DNA of 64,000 nucleotides from Centroscyllium fabricii (Eukaryota): positions 167,400,001 to 167,464,000 of the forward strand of contig JBNRSN020000008.1 of assembly GCA_051313645.2 (NCBI GenBank), given 5' to 3'. Below, piece by piece: positions 1-10,788 of the stretch; positions within the stretch are counted from its first letter, which is position 1, and each line of letters begins with the position of its first letter. Under the pieces are notes generated by a model, which saw only the letters and a program-made list of their open reading frames with translations, was not told where the DNA came from and did no database searches. A program made the position numbers and the translations under genes.

Positions 1-895
1 GAAGATGGATTATTATCTGAATGGCAATAGATTGGGAGAAGGGGAAGTGGAATGAGACCTGGGCGTCCTTGTGCACCAGTCGCTGAAGGTAAGCATGCAG
101 GTGCAGCAGGCGGTTAAGAAGGCAAATCGTATGTTGGCCTTCGTAGCGAGAGGGTTCGAGTACAGGAACAAGGACGTCTTGCTGCAGATGTACAGGGCCT
201 TGGTGAGACCACACCTTGAGTATTGTGTGCAGTTTTGGTCGCCTTATCTAAGGAAGGATGTTCTTGCCATGGAAGGAGTGCAGCGAAGATTCACCAGGCT
301 GATACCTGGGATGGCAGGAATGACGTATGAGGCGAGATTGGGTCGACTGGGCTTGTACTCGCTGGAGTTTAGAAGAATGAGAGGGGATCTCATTGAAACT
401 TATAAAATTCTAACAGGACTAGACAGACTAAATGCAGGAAGGAAGTTCCCGATGGTGGGGGGGTGGGGGAGTCCAGAGCCAGGGGTCACAGTCTAAGGAT
501 AAGGGCCATAATGTGGAGGTGCCGGTGTTGGACTGGGGTGGACAAATGCAAGAAGTCACACAACACCAGATTATAGTCCAACTATAATCTGGTGTTGTGT
601 GACTTCTTGCATAAGGATAAGGGGTAAGCCATTTAGGATAGAGATGAGGAGCAATTTCTTCACCCAGAGTGGTGAACCTGTGGAATTCTCCACCACAGAA
701 GGCAGTAGAGGCCAATTCATTAAATATATTCAAGGAGTTGGATATATCTCTTAAGGCCAAATGGATCAAGGGATATAGGGAGAAAGCAGGGACAGGATAC
801 TGAATTTGGATGATCAGCCACGATCTCATTGAATGGCAGAGTAGGCTCGAAGGGCCAAATGGCCTACTCCTGCTCCTATCTTCTATGTTTCTGTA
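1..895 (+). mobile_element. CR1-clade LINE, 3' end of ORF2 plus 3' UTR
   Basis: ORF 71..496 has CR1 ORF2 C-terminal motifs (LVRPHLEYCVQFWSP, RRMRGDLIETYKIL); tail GGCCTACTCCTGCTCCTATCTTCTATGTTTCT. Confidence 0.92.
506..611. mobile_element. Penelope-like mini-insertion with a perfect hairpin, inside the CR1 copy
   Basis: Flanked by a 12-bp direct repeat TAAGGATAAGGG (494-505, 612-623); same 5' sequence as the element at 54616-54919. Confidence 0.75.
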
Positions 896-1157
896 TTTCT
901 TTCTACCAGTGCAGAAACTGTGTCTGTGTCTACATCTATTGGTGCTTGGCAGAAAGTAAACTTTACAACAAATACATTGCAAAATTACAAAACAACAGGC
1001 CGAAACGCACCCAGGCAGTTCTGCAACTCAAGTGAGTGGAGTGGTAGACATTTAAAAAGCTCTTGAACCATCATTTAGAATAACCTGAGATGGTTTGTAA
1101 GAACTAAATAATTTAAAGTGCATCAACATGATTTGCCATATTACGGAAAGTACTTAC

Positions 1158-1250
1158 CATTAAAGCCCATATCCCATTAACGCGGAGTGCTGGGTTTTCA
1201 CTCTGAGTCAAGTTGCACAATAGCTCTACAGCTCCCGACTCCAAGATAGG
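1158..1250 (-). CDS. ARMC8: ARMC8 exon (~16): [31 protein letters not shown]
   Basis: 93 nt; ttacag acceptor, gtaagt donor; the gene continues beyond the window start. Confidence 0.96.
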
Positions 1251-1990
1251 CTGTAACATAGATTATATTACATTTTTGAAAATTATTTTATTAAGCAGGG
1301 ATTTTCTATAGCTTGTCTCCTCTCAAAAGCTCCAATTAGAATTTTAAAACGTGACCAAAAATAACAGTTTAACCATTTTTCCCAATTCAGATCTTTCACC
1401 ACTGGGGAGTAGACAACTGCCACACAAAAGGCCAAACCGTCTCAAATACCTGAGCTCACCTGTAACCATAGTTCTGCAGTACTCTACAGTAAAGCATACC
1501 CATCATATCCAATCACTCACATTCCAGACTGGAACAACAGGTTTATCTGCTCAAAACAATTTTGCTTCCTATACAGAACACTTGGTTCAGGACAACAAAA
1601 TAAATCTCACTCACACCATATCTGGCCCAGGAATGCCTGATTCTGATAATAGATACAAAAAGGAGAAATATTTTAATTCCAGCCAAAAATATGCCTCACC
1701 TTGACACTTGCCATTTCAGCAACCAAACCACCAACGATTTCAGTTTACTGGTTATCTTTGGGTTATTTTACTGTGCTGTTTTATTTTAAAAAACATATTT
1801 CATTTGCATTTTATAATGCAAAAACATTAAAACATTGCAACAAAATATGATTTTAAATCTTATACTTCAAGCTTCATGGCCAAATTAATATTCCTTATTT
1901 TGCCAATTACCAGTTGACATTTAGATACATTTAATAATTAGTACTAACAGCAATGGTCGTTATATGTCCATTCATTTGCTAAAGACCAAC

Positions 1991-2077
1991 CTCTTTGCTT
2001 GGGGAGAATTCAAGGAGAAGATTGCACAGTGTTGATGACGCCACTACAAGGACCTCATCAGGAGCATTTTGTAATAA
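1991..2077 (-). CDS. ARMC8: ARMC8 exon (~15): [29 protein letters not shown]
   Basis: 87 nt; tttcag acceptor, gttggt donor. Confidence 0.95.
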
Positions 2078-2159
2078 CTGAAAGATAAAAAGACAAGAAC
2101 CAAGGTACTTCTTCAATTGCTTTGTATTCTCCAACTTGCTTTAGCACAACAAAACATTC

Positions 2160-2291
2160 CTGCGCAAATTGGCTGCCGCGTTTTCTACATTACAACTGTG
2201 ACTACACTTTAAAAGTACGTCATTGGCTGTGAAGCATTTTGGAACATCCTGTGGCTGTGAAAGGCACTATATAAATGGGAGTTCTTTCTTT
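2160..2291 (+). mobile_element. Deu-domain SINE 3' fragment
   Basis: Similar to 53975-54100 (GGCTGC..TTTC.ACATTACAAC.GTGACT...GAAAGGC.CTATATAAATG). Confidence 0.7.
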
Positions 2292-2539
2292 GTCAAATGC
2301 TTTATTTAGAATTTTTTTTTAAATATATACAAAATCTTCTATACCATGGCATAAGATTAAATTGTGAATTCGAACATAGAATGGCTCGCTCAATAGCCCA
2401 ACAAAAGCAGAACTGGCTCAGCAAACAGTGAAAAAAAAAACCAAATAGCCATCTCCCTTTGTTGGGATTGGACCTCCCGTTTAATGATCACTGAAGTACT
2501 GACACTGGTTATGGACCACCACAAATGGCACTGGCAGAA

Positions 2540-2987
2540 TGTTGAGTCCAGAAGGCTGTAAGTGCCTTCAACAATTTCAGACCATAATCTCTACCCCTAT
2601 CTTTTTTTCCATTTTATTTCCCCACTCACATGGCAGCTGTCTTTTGCCATTTACACTTCATCTAGAGCCATCTTTTATTTCTTAACTTGTCCCATTACCA
2701 TCTCATTTTGCCTTGCACCACCATTTCTTTTGTCTCAATCTCTCATGCCTTCCATCCTATCACAGACCGCCCCTTTTGTTGTTTCTGCTCCTCCCCCCTT
2801 TCCCAGCCCCTGCACTTGCTTAAAAACTTGTTCCATCTCCAGCTTTTTCCAGTTCTGACGAAGGGTCATCGACCCGAAACGTGAACTCTCTTTCTCTCTC
2901 CACGGATGCTGCCTGACCTGCTGAGTATTTCCAGCATTTTCTGTTTGTATTTCAAATTTCCAGCATCCACGGTATTTTGCTTTTACT
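2540..2987 (+). mobile_element. Penelope-like element 3' region/pLTR with hammerhead core
   Basis: Pyrimidine-rich tail, CTGACGAAGGGTC..GACCCGAAACG, then the GGATGCTGCCTGACCTGCTGAG block that recurs at ~15752, ~19510 and ~62317. Confidence 0.65.
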
Positions 2988-3747
2988 TAGATCAGCTTCC
3001 TGCTGAGCAATGGTTGCCAATCTGGAGCAATCAGAAATATTCAGTACTGTGCTTTAAAGTAAAGGACCAAGCCAAATATCCACCATGACAATTGCTCACA
3101 ATTGCTGAGAGAGCCACTACTTAAGTCAGCTAAGTTATTATTTTGCAGCTTTCAGAGCAGTTTAACTATTTCAAACCCACTTTGAGGTGCAATGAAATGT
3201 AATAATCTCTTCCTCTGTCAAACTATTTTCCAGCAAATTCCCTTGCATCTCCTGCGATGTACCTTACTTTTGCCATAGAAGATAATGTTTCCATAGGACA
3301 CATCACCCTGCAGGCATGTTCAATATTAAGTTCAATTTCCATGTGTTTAATGTGCACTAGAGCTCAACTTTACAGATAAGAGGAAATTTGCAGCAGGCAA
3401 TATATTGAATGACTAACTCCTAACTCATTGCACTGTGCCTTGCAAAAAGAGGCAGATACTGAACTGGGAAACATCAAAGATACTCAATTTAGTCTATAAA
3501 TTTGGATAAACATTGAGCAACACCAGTTGTAAAGCAATCACAATACATTCTGATCCACCCTTGCAGTTGAAGAAGGGTGGGCGGAAAAAAACTGTCCCGG
3601 AGAAGGAAAAATAAAAATAAACACGATAACAACTTACAAAAATACATTCCTATCCTCAAAGAATATAAGCATAACAGCTAAGAGTGTGGCTATGTACATT
3701 GAATGGCAATGAGGGCAAAAGTTTCTTTTACTTGTTTGTGCAGGATT

Positions 3748-4149
3748 ATAGAAACATAGAAGATAGGAGCAGGAGTAGGCCATTCGGCCCTTCAAGCCTG
3801 CTCCGCCATTCAATGAGATCATGGCTGATCATCCAAACCCAGTGCCCTGTCCCTGCCCTGTCCCCATATCCCTCGATCCGTATCAAACCTGCACCAACAC
3901 ATATCCCACCCGATCCCCGTAACCCCACATATTCAATCTCCCTAACACGAAGGGTCAATTTATCATGGCCAATCAACCTAACCCGCACATCTTTGGACTA
4001 TGGGAGGAAACCGGAGCACCCGGAGGAAACCCACGCAGACACGGGGAGAATGTGCAAACTCCACACAGATAGTACCCGAGGCCGGATTTGAACCTGGGTC
4101 TCTAGTGCTGTAAGGCAACAGTGCTAACCACTATGCCACCATGCCGCCC
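3748..4149 (-). mobile_element. tRNA-derived V-SINE (HE1-like), CR1 tail type B
   Basis: A/B-box head GGGCGGCATGGTGGCATAGTGGTTAGC...GGTTCAAATCC; central V-domain TGTGTGGAGTTTGCACATTCTCCCCGTG; tail matches CR1 770-892. Confidence 0.88.
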
Positions 4150-4862
4150 TAAGACAGATTAGTATAAATCCGTACGGTATGTTGCCTCCCTGGTGCCAGG
4201 GTAAGGGACATCACAGAGAGGGTGCAGAACATTCTGTTTGCCGGGGGGGGGGGGGGGGGAAACAGCCAGAAGTCATGGCCCATATCAGAACCAATAACAT
4301 AAGGAGGAAAAGGGTTGAAGTCCTGTAGTCAGAGTTTAAGAAACGAGGAAGCAAGTTAAAAAGCAGGACCTCAAAAAGTAGTCACCTCTGGATTACTCCT
4401 AGTGCCACGTGCTAGAGAGAGTAGAAATAGGAGGACATGGCTAGAGACATGGTGCAGGAGGGAGGGCTTCAGATTCCTGGGATATTGGGACCAGTTCTGT
4501 GACAGGAGGGACCTGTTCAAGGTGGACGGGTTGCAGTTAATGAGCTGGGACCAATATCCTCACGGGCAGGTTAACTAGTGCTGAGGGGGAGGGGCACCAG
4601 GGTGTAGGATTAAAAAGTAGAAACAAGGTGCACAGAGGACAAGAGACAGTCAGAGTTAGACATAATACAGTATTAGGTGGGATCATAAACACAGAAGATA
4701 GGAGGAGTATGCCATTCGGCCCGTCGAGCCTGCTCCGCCATTTTGATGAGATCATGGCTGATCATCCAAACCCAGCACCGCCCTCCTACCCTCTCCCCAA
4801 CGCTCTCCCCATATCCCCCGACACCCCCAACTCTAAGAACTATATCTCACACACATACTCAT

Positions 4863-5254
4863 GGGCGGCACGGTGGCACAGTGGTTAGCATTGTTGTCTC
4901 TCAGCACTGGAGACCCGGGTTCAAATCCGGCCTCGGGTACTATCTGTGTGGAGTTTGCACATTCTCACCGTGTCTGCGTGGGTTTCCTCCGGGTGCTCCG
5001 GTTTCCTCCCACAGTCCAAAGATGTGTGGGTTCGGTTGATTGGCCATGATAAATTGACCCTTAGTGTTAGGGGGTTTGAATATGTGGGGTTACGGGGATA
5101 GGGTGGGGTATGTGTCGATATAGGGATCGAGGGATATGGGGAGAGGGCAGGGGCGGGGTGCTGGGTTTGGATGATCAGCCATGATCTCATTGAATGGCGG
5201 AGCAGGCTCGAAGGGTTGAATGGCCTACTCCTGCTCCTAGTTTCCATGTTTCTG
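4863..5254 (+). mobile_element. V-SINE (HE1-like), full length, tail type B
   Basis: Near-identical to the reverse complement of 3748-4149. Confidence 0.88.
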
Positions 5255-5294
5255 TGGGCAATTTTTAGTATTTCCAATTCACCTAATGTCGTTG

Positions 5295-5448
5295 GGTGGT
5301 GGGAGGAAACCGGAGTACCCGGAGGAAACCCACACGAACACGGGGAGAACATGCAAACTCCACGCAGAGGTCCCGGGCCAAGCAGGATTCGAACCCAGGA
5401 GCTCCTTATTGCGAGGCAGCAGTGCTAACCACTGCGCCACCATGTCGT
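5295..5448 (-). mobile_element. Divergent V-SINE head and V-domain fragment
   Basis: GGGAGGAAACCGGAGTACCCGGAGGAAACCCAC...AGTGCTAACCACTGCGCCACC. Confidence 0.75.
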
Positions 5449-6837
5449 CAAAATACAAAGAGCTACAAGTTAGGTTTGGAGAGCATGTGTATAAATGCTT
5501 GAAGTGTGATTAATAAGGTTGGTGAGCTGCAGGTGCAAACAACCACATGGGAATATAATGTAGTGCTGAAAACTGGCTCAAAAAAGGAGAGGGTTGGATG
5601 CTTAATATTCCTGGGTACAAGGTATTCAGGAAAGAGAGAGAAGGATAAAAAAAGGAGGGTGATCAGTTTTGATTAAGGAAAATAATAGTGCTAGAAAGAG
5701 AGAATGTCCTTAAGGGTCAAAGACAGAATTTATTCAGTTGGAGTTGAGAAACAATAAAGAAGCTATTATGCTACTTGGTCTATTTTATCGGCCACCAAAT
5801 TATGGGAAGGAGATAGAGGAGCAGATTTGCAAAGAAATGACAGGCATGCAAGAACTACAGATTAGAGCTAGCTGGAGACTTCAACTACCCCAATGTTGAA
5901 TGGGGCAGTGATTGTGTTAAAGAAAGAGAAGGGGAGGAATTTCTGAAGTATGTTCAGTAGAATTTTCTTGATCAGTATGGTTCCTGCCCAACAAGGAAGG
6001 AGGCATTGCTGGATCTAGTCCTGGGGAATGAAGCAGGTCAAGTGGAGATTGTCACAGTCAGGGAGCATCTCAGGAATAGTGATTAGTTTTGGAGAAAGAC
6101 TAGGAGCAATCTAGAATAAAAATACTTAACTGGAGGAGGTCTAATTGAGCAAATTGAGGGGAGGATCTGGCGGTTTTCTTAAAGGGGACATGTTCATTTT
6201 TTTTACATGATTTTTCAGTGTTTGACACCATTGAGGTGCTGCAAACACTGCCAATCACTGTACAAAGGTGAGCCCTTGCACCCATAATCCCCAGTGACTC
6301 TCTCCTTAGGATAAAACAGATGGCAGCTGCAGGTGAGGTTACAGAAGCGATCTGTCACTGCTGAGAGAGGTTCTCCCAATGAGGTGGGACTACACAAACA
6401 CTTCAAACCCTATTACCTACAAAAAAGTCTAAATATATTAAAAAAATGATTTTCCAAACATTTTCTTACCTCAAACTCACCAGTAGTACCATTGGATCCT
6501 TCACACCACTTCTGCAGCTGCCATCAATGAAGAAGCATTACAGTAGACCCACAGCACGCTCCACTTACCCTGGCGGTGTGTACAGACGTCAGGAAGCCAG
6601 CAGTCGACCTGGCAAAATTGAAAAAAACCTCTCAACTGCCTGTTAACTACCTGTTAACAGGCAGTTAAGTGCCTATAATCCTCTTCCCATCCCTAGGTGT
6701 CGGGTCCCTGCGCAAATCGGGGACCCGACACTTGGGAAGATTGTATTGACAGTGGGTTCAGGACCCAGTCAATCTTTGAAATTTTGCCAGCAGTCCAGCC
6801 TCCAAACCCGCCCGAGCACCAGCAAAATTACCCCCTA

Positions 6838-7425
6838 AGAGTACAAAAACCAGAAGTTATGCTAAACCTGTATAATACACTAGTTTGGCCCCAGCTGGAG
6901 TATTGTGTCCAATTCTGGGCAGCACAATTTAGGAAGGACGTGAAGGCTTTGGAGAGGGTACAGAAGAGATTTCCTAGAATGGTTCCAGGGATAAGGGATT
7001 CCAGTTATGTGGATATAGTGGAGAAGCTGGGGTTGTTCTCCTTGGAGCACAAAAAGCAAAGAGGAGATTTGATAGAGGTGCTTAAAAGTTTTGGACGGGT
7101 TTAAATAGAGTAAATAAAAGAAACGGTTTCCAGTGGCTGAAGGGTCGATAACAAGAGGTTTAAGGTGATTGGCAAAAGAACCAGAGGCGAAATGAAGAAA
7201 AGAAAATTTACGCAACGAGTGGTTAGGATTTGCAATGCACTGCCCGAGAGTGGTGAATGCAGATTCAATGGTAGTCTTTAAAAAGAAATTGGATAAATAC
7301 TTGATGGAGAAAAAATTACAGGGATATGGGGGAAGAGTGGGACTAACTGGATTGCTCTTTGAAAGAGCAGGTGCAGACTCGATGGACAAAATGGCCTCCT
7401 TCTATGTTGTGCTATTCTATGGTTC
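6838..7425 (+). mobile_element. CR1 3' fragment
   Basis: LYNTLVWPQLEYCVQFWA..RGDLIEV motifs; 3' UTR ending in CTATTCTATGGTTC. Confidence 0.85.
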
Positions 7426-7702
7426 CTGTGAAATCTATGAAATTCAATGATAGTTACATAGCAACAGGAGTAGGCCACTCAGCCCATTAAGTCGTTTCCA
7501 CCATTCAATTAGATCAAGGCAGACCTGTACCTCTTTCACAAATATTACTTGCAATTTGCTAGTCTAAAATTTTGCATTCCAACGATGCTGACTTCAGAGG
7601 TTCCAACTTGCTACTCCAAACTTGCTGCCTTTTCATTCAAAAGCATGTCTTTTTAATACAATACAGTTGAGTACTACCATTATATCCTTAGTTAATGAAG
7701 TA

Positions 7703-8079
7703 GGGCGACACAGTGGCATAGTGATTAGCACGGTTGCCTCACAGCACCAGGGGTTCGGATTCAAATCCGGCCTCGGGTACTATGTGTGTGGAGTTTGCAC
7801 ATTCTCCCCGTGTTTGCGTGGGTTTCCTCCGGGTGCTCCAGTTTCCTCCCACAGTCCAAAGATGTGCGGGTTAGGTTGACTGGCCATGATAAACTGACCC
7901 TTAGTGTTAGGGGGATTAAATATGTGGGGTTACGGGGATAGGGTGGGATACGTGTCGGTGCAGGCTCGATAGGGATCGAGGGATATGGGGAGGGGGCAGG
8001 GACAGGGTGCTGAGTTTGGATGATCAGCCATGATCTCATTGAATGGCGGAGCAGGCTCGAAGGGCGAATGTTTCTATGT
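7703..8079 (+). mobile_element. V-SINE (HE1-like), tail type B
   Basis: Same head, V-domain and tail as 4863-5254, with a short deletion near the 3' end. Confidence 0.87.
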
Positions 8080-8436
8080 ATTGAAGGATTGTATGTTAAT
8101 TACAGACATGTTTTTTTACTCAGATCCATCATTTGTATGCCAGTGTTTAGTCAGAAGTACAAACCTGTTAAAACTCTCAGTTGTCAGTAGTGCACTTGGC
8201 AGGTCCTCGATTGAATTCTGCAGGTGATTTACTCAGTGCACCAGTGACCTTTATTGGCAGAGAGTGGTATTACATGAAGTACTTAATTCCCATGTCTACA
8301 TCACACTTCTCAAATTAGTGACAACAACCAACTTCATTCCCCAACAGTTGGAGCTCTATTGAGGCGCAAACTATTTATGGTTTATTCCGAAATGTCAATA
8401 TAATTAAAACTTCTTAAAATGCATGCCATTACCTAC

Positions 8437-8518
8437 CTTCATTAGTGGTTTCCACACTGTATGATCCTGAAAACTTGTCCGGAGCTGTTGTACCGATCTG
8501 GACAGGCTATGCAAACAC
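8437..8518 (-). CDS. ARMC8: ARMC8 exon (~14): [27 protein letters not shown]
   Basis: 82 nt; aatag acceptor, gtaggt donor. Confidence 0.96.
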
Positions 8519-9526
8519 CTATTAATTGGAATCAGAAAAAGATGCAATTCTTCATAAAACCATATAGAATTAAATGAATGTCATGTTTGATTATCCCTCA
8601 ACTATGCAAGGATAGTGATCAAACATTCAAGGCCAGTGATTGTGTAGGTTAAATAAGCCCCACCCTCATCAATACCTGAAGCAATAAATCAAGATAATTA
8701 TGGCCCGGAATTTGCGTTCAGCAGCAAAGTGAAGGCATTCGCTGTTGGCCTCAAGTACACGTCGCACAAGGATCTCGCGATTCCTGTGTCGAGAATTTAA
8801 GATTTCCCAACCTTCAATTCACATCAACAGAAGTTAATCGGGAGCCCCTTGTGCCAAAAGCTGCGACGTCAACAAGCTGTCAAAAGTAGCCAATCAAAAG
8901 GCAGAATTCTCACAGGCAGCGAACACGGAAGTGAGTAAGTTCTTAAAATTCTAATTTAAAAAAAATGATAAAGGGCAAAACAAAGATTGGGGATCTCACA
9001 TCGGAAAAAGGCAAACCTGAAATAAAGATGGACGAACTTTTTAAAAAGTTTTAAAAATTGAAGTTTCAAATGGACAAATTTCACACTGCACAAAATTAAA
9101 ATTAGTTTTCCAGGCCCTTAATATTTGTTTCACAGCAATAACTGTTAAAACCCCAGTTACACCTAATCCCTTTGCAGTCCAACTATCAGTGGGGATACAC
9201 TTAGTCCAGGCATTTTAGGCCAAAATGGGGGTCAACCTTCCATTAATTGCAACACAACCAAACTCAACTGATTTTGTATCCTCAATATGTCCTGAATAAC
9301 AGAAAAAAAAGTTGCAAGGAATTGCATGAAGGGAAAGTTTTGAAAATGGCCTGTAAGTATGACCCTACCAAAAACGATTTTTGGCCCTTTCTGCTAGATT
9401 TGACCAAAACAAAGGATACAAAACGAGGATACAGAATATCAGTGACAAGAATTTATTATGATCACAATCACACAATTGAAGTACTGATCAAACAACTCAA
9501 TAAAATTGTGCACACACAATATCACA

Positions 9527-10291
9527 CTACAAAATGTCATCTTCATCCTCGTCACAGTGCATCTGTATTGAGTTAGTGCAGCTGGACCCTCTGCAGTGGC
9601 CACATGCCGGAGTGCACTCGATATTGTTCTTTTTGCATGTGCATCTCAGGGTGCTGCAGTCAGCCTGGCAGTTGCACTTGATGACCCGCAGAAGCTTTTC
9701 TGGAGCAGGGGGTAGGGTTGTCTGAATTGGCACAAACCCCTCATCACATTTCTGCCATCCCCACTCTGTAGGATTAGGTCCGTCTGAAGATCCATTCCAT
9801 TCTTGTACTTGCAAGTACACACGTAGGCTGTGATACTTTGCTGCTACTGATGTTGGAGGTAAGACCTGTGGCTGAATGTAAGTAGAGCTAGATGCCACCT
9901 TCTCACAGAACCGATGATATCGGAGGGTGTCCAGGGTGTCCGTTGATTTTCCATTGTAGAGAATCACCATTGCTTTCTCTCCTGCTTCTGCCACATCATC
10001 TGTAGAAGCTGAATGTGCATAGAACACCTCAGCTTGCTCTCTGAATATGCCACTTTCTTTGAATTTCTTGAGGGAAGCTCCCTTCCCAATCCCATGGAGG
10101 CGAGATGTAGTGTCGCTTCCAAGAACTGCATGTAAGAACAAGATGTGTTTACATATGTCTGGGCCAAGTAGTTGTTTTGTAGCCTTGATGTTCCAAATGC
10201 GAGTCTTCTTTGTGCTTTTCTTCGTCTCCGAACAAAAGAACAGGTCATGGGAGTCTAGGCTAGCATGGTAGTGCGAAAATTCCCACTGCAA
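9527..10291 (-). pseudogene. C-terminal part of Academ-type protein: XPG/FEN1-like H3TH nuclease segment plus 8-Cys (CXC-like) finger
   Basis: FLHAVLGSDTTSRLHGIGK, LPPTSVAAKYHSLRVYLQVQEW, PTEWGW, KCNCQADCSTLRCTCKKNNIECTPACGHCRGSSCTN; no internal stops. Confidence 0.75.
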
Positions 10292-10788
10292 GTCCGGTGG
10301 TAGACTGCATCTGCTGCGTGTAGGTCATGCACATGCAGAATCCGTGCCTTCACAGTCTCTGACCAGTCATCACCTCGTTCGTGACAGGTTGTCAAAAGTG
10401 TGTCCTTGAATTCAATTGTCTTGACTTGGACAACATCTTGTTTATTTTTATTTTTCACAAGCTGAGCTGGTGTACCACAAAAGAGGCAATCAGTGCTGTA
10501 AGAGAACCTCCCTGTACTTGATCTTAGTGTATGACTTGCACTGCTTGTACTTGGTTCTGACTCTTGCTGCCTGTGGTCCTTGGCTATATCTTTTTTGTCA
10601 ATGTATTTTAAGCGACACCCTTTGTGTACCTTCTCACCAGGTACAGCGTGGATATTGTCTCCCCTTGTTTTACTGGCCTGGTTTATAGATGAACTTCCCT
10701 TCTCTCCAAGTGTTGATATTGACGGCCCTCCTCCGTCCACAGATTGCTTGCAAATTACACACGTTTCATTTGCCTCCATTTTCTGCAT
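10255..10788 (-). pseudogene. N-terminal part of Academ-type protein (Cys/His zinc-binding motifs)
   Basis: CVIC...HKGC and CLFC...DLHAADAVYHRTC motifs; ends abruptly and out of frame with the C-terminal ORF. Confidence 0.65.

Larger units (their letters stand above)
4150..6170 (+). mobile_element. Degenerate CR1 5' part (SGNH/esterase-like ORF1 and AP-endonuclease start), interrupted by SINEs
   Basis: CCLPGARVRDITERVQNIL at ~4180, ..GDFNYP.. at ~5875, ..LDLVLGN.. at ~6010; many stops and frameshifts. Confidence 0.75.

Noticed and set aside
4863-4935. tRNA gene
   Set aside because: The A/B-box head continues directly into a SINE body and tail; it is a tRNA-derived SINE head, as are the other copies
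3684-5502. Recurrent ORFs such as ..CGRKPEHPEETHADTGRMCKLHTDS.. and ..CGVCTFSPCLRGFPPGAPVSSHSPKMC..
   Set aside because: These are translations of the SINE V-domain on either strand, repeated at every SINE copy; not genes
9527-10291. Host tesmin/LIN54 (CXC) or FEN1/XPG gene nested in the intron
   Set aside because: Only partial motifs, no introns in the coding part, and bounded by TIRs; better explained as a transposon fragment
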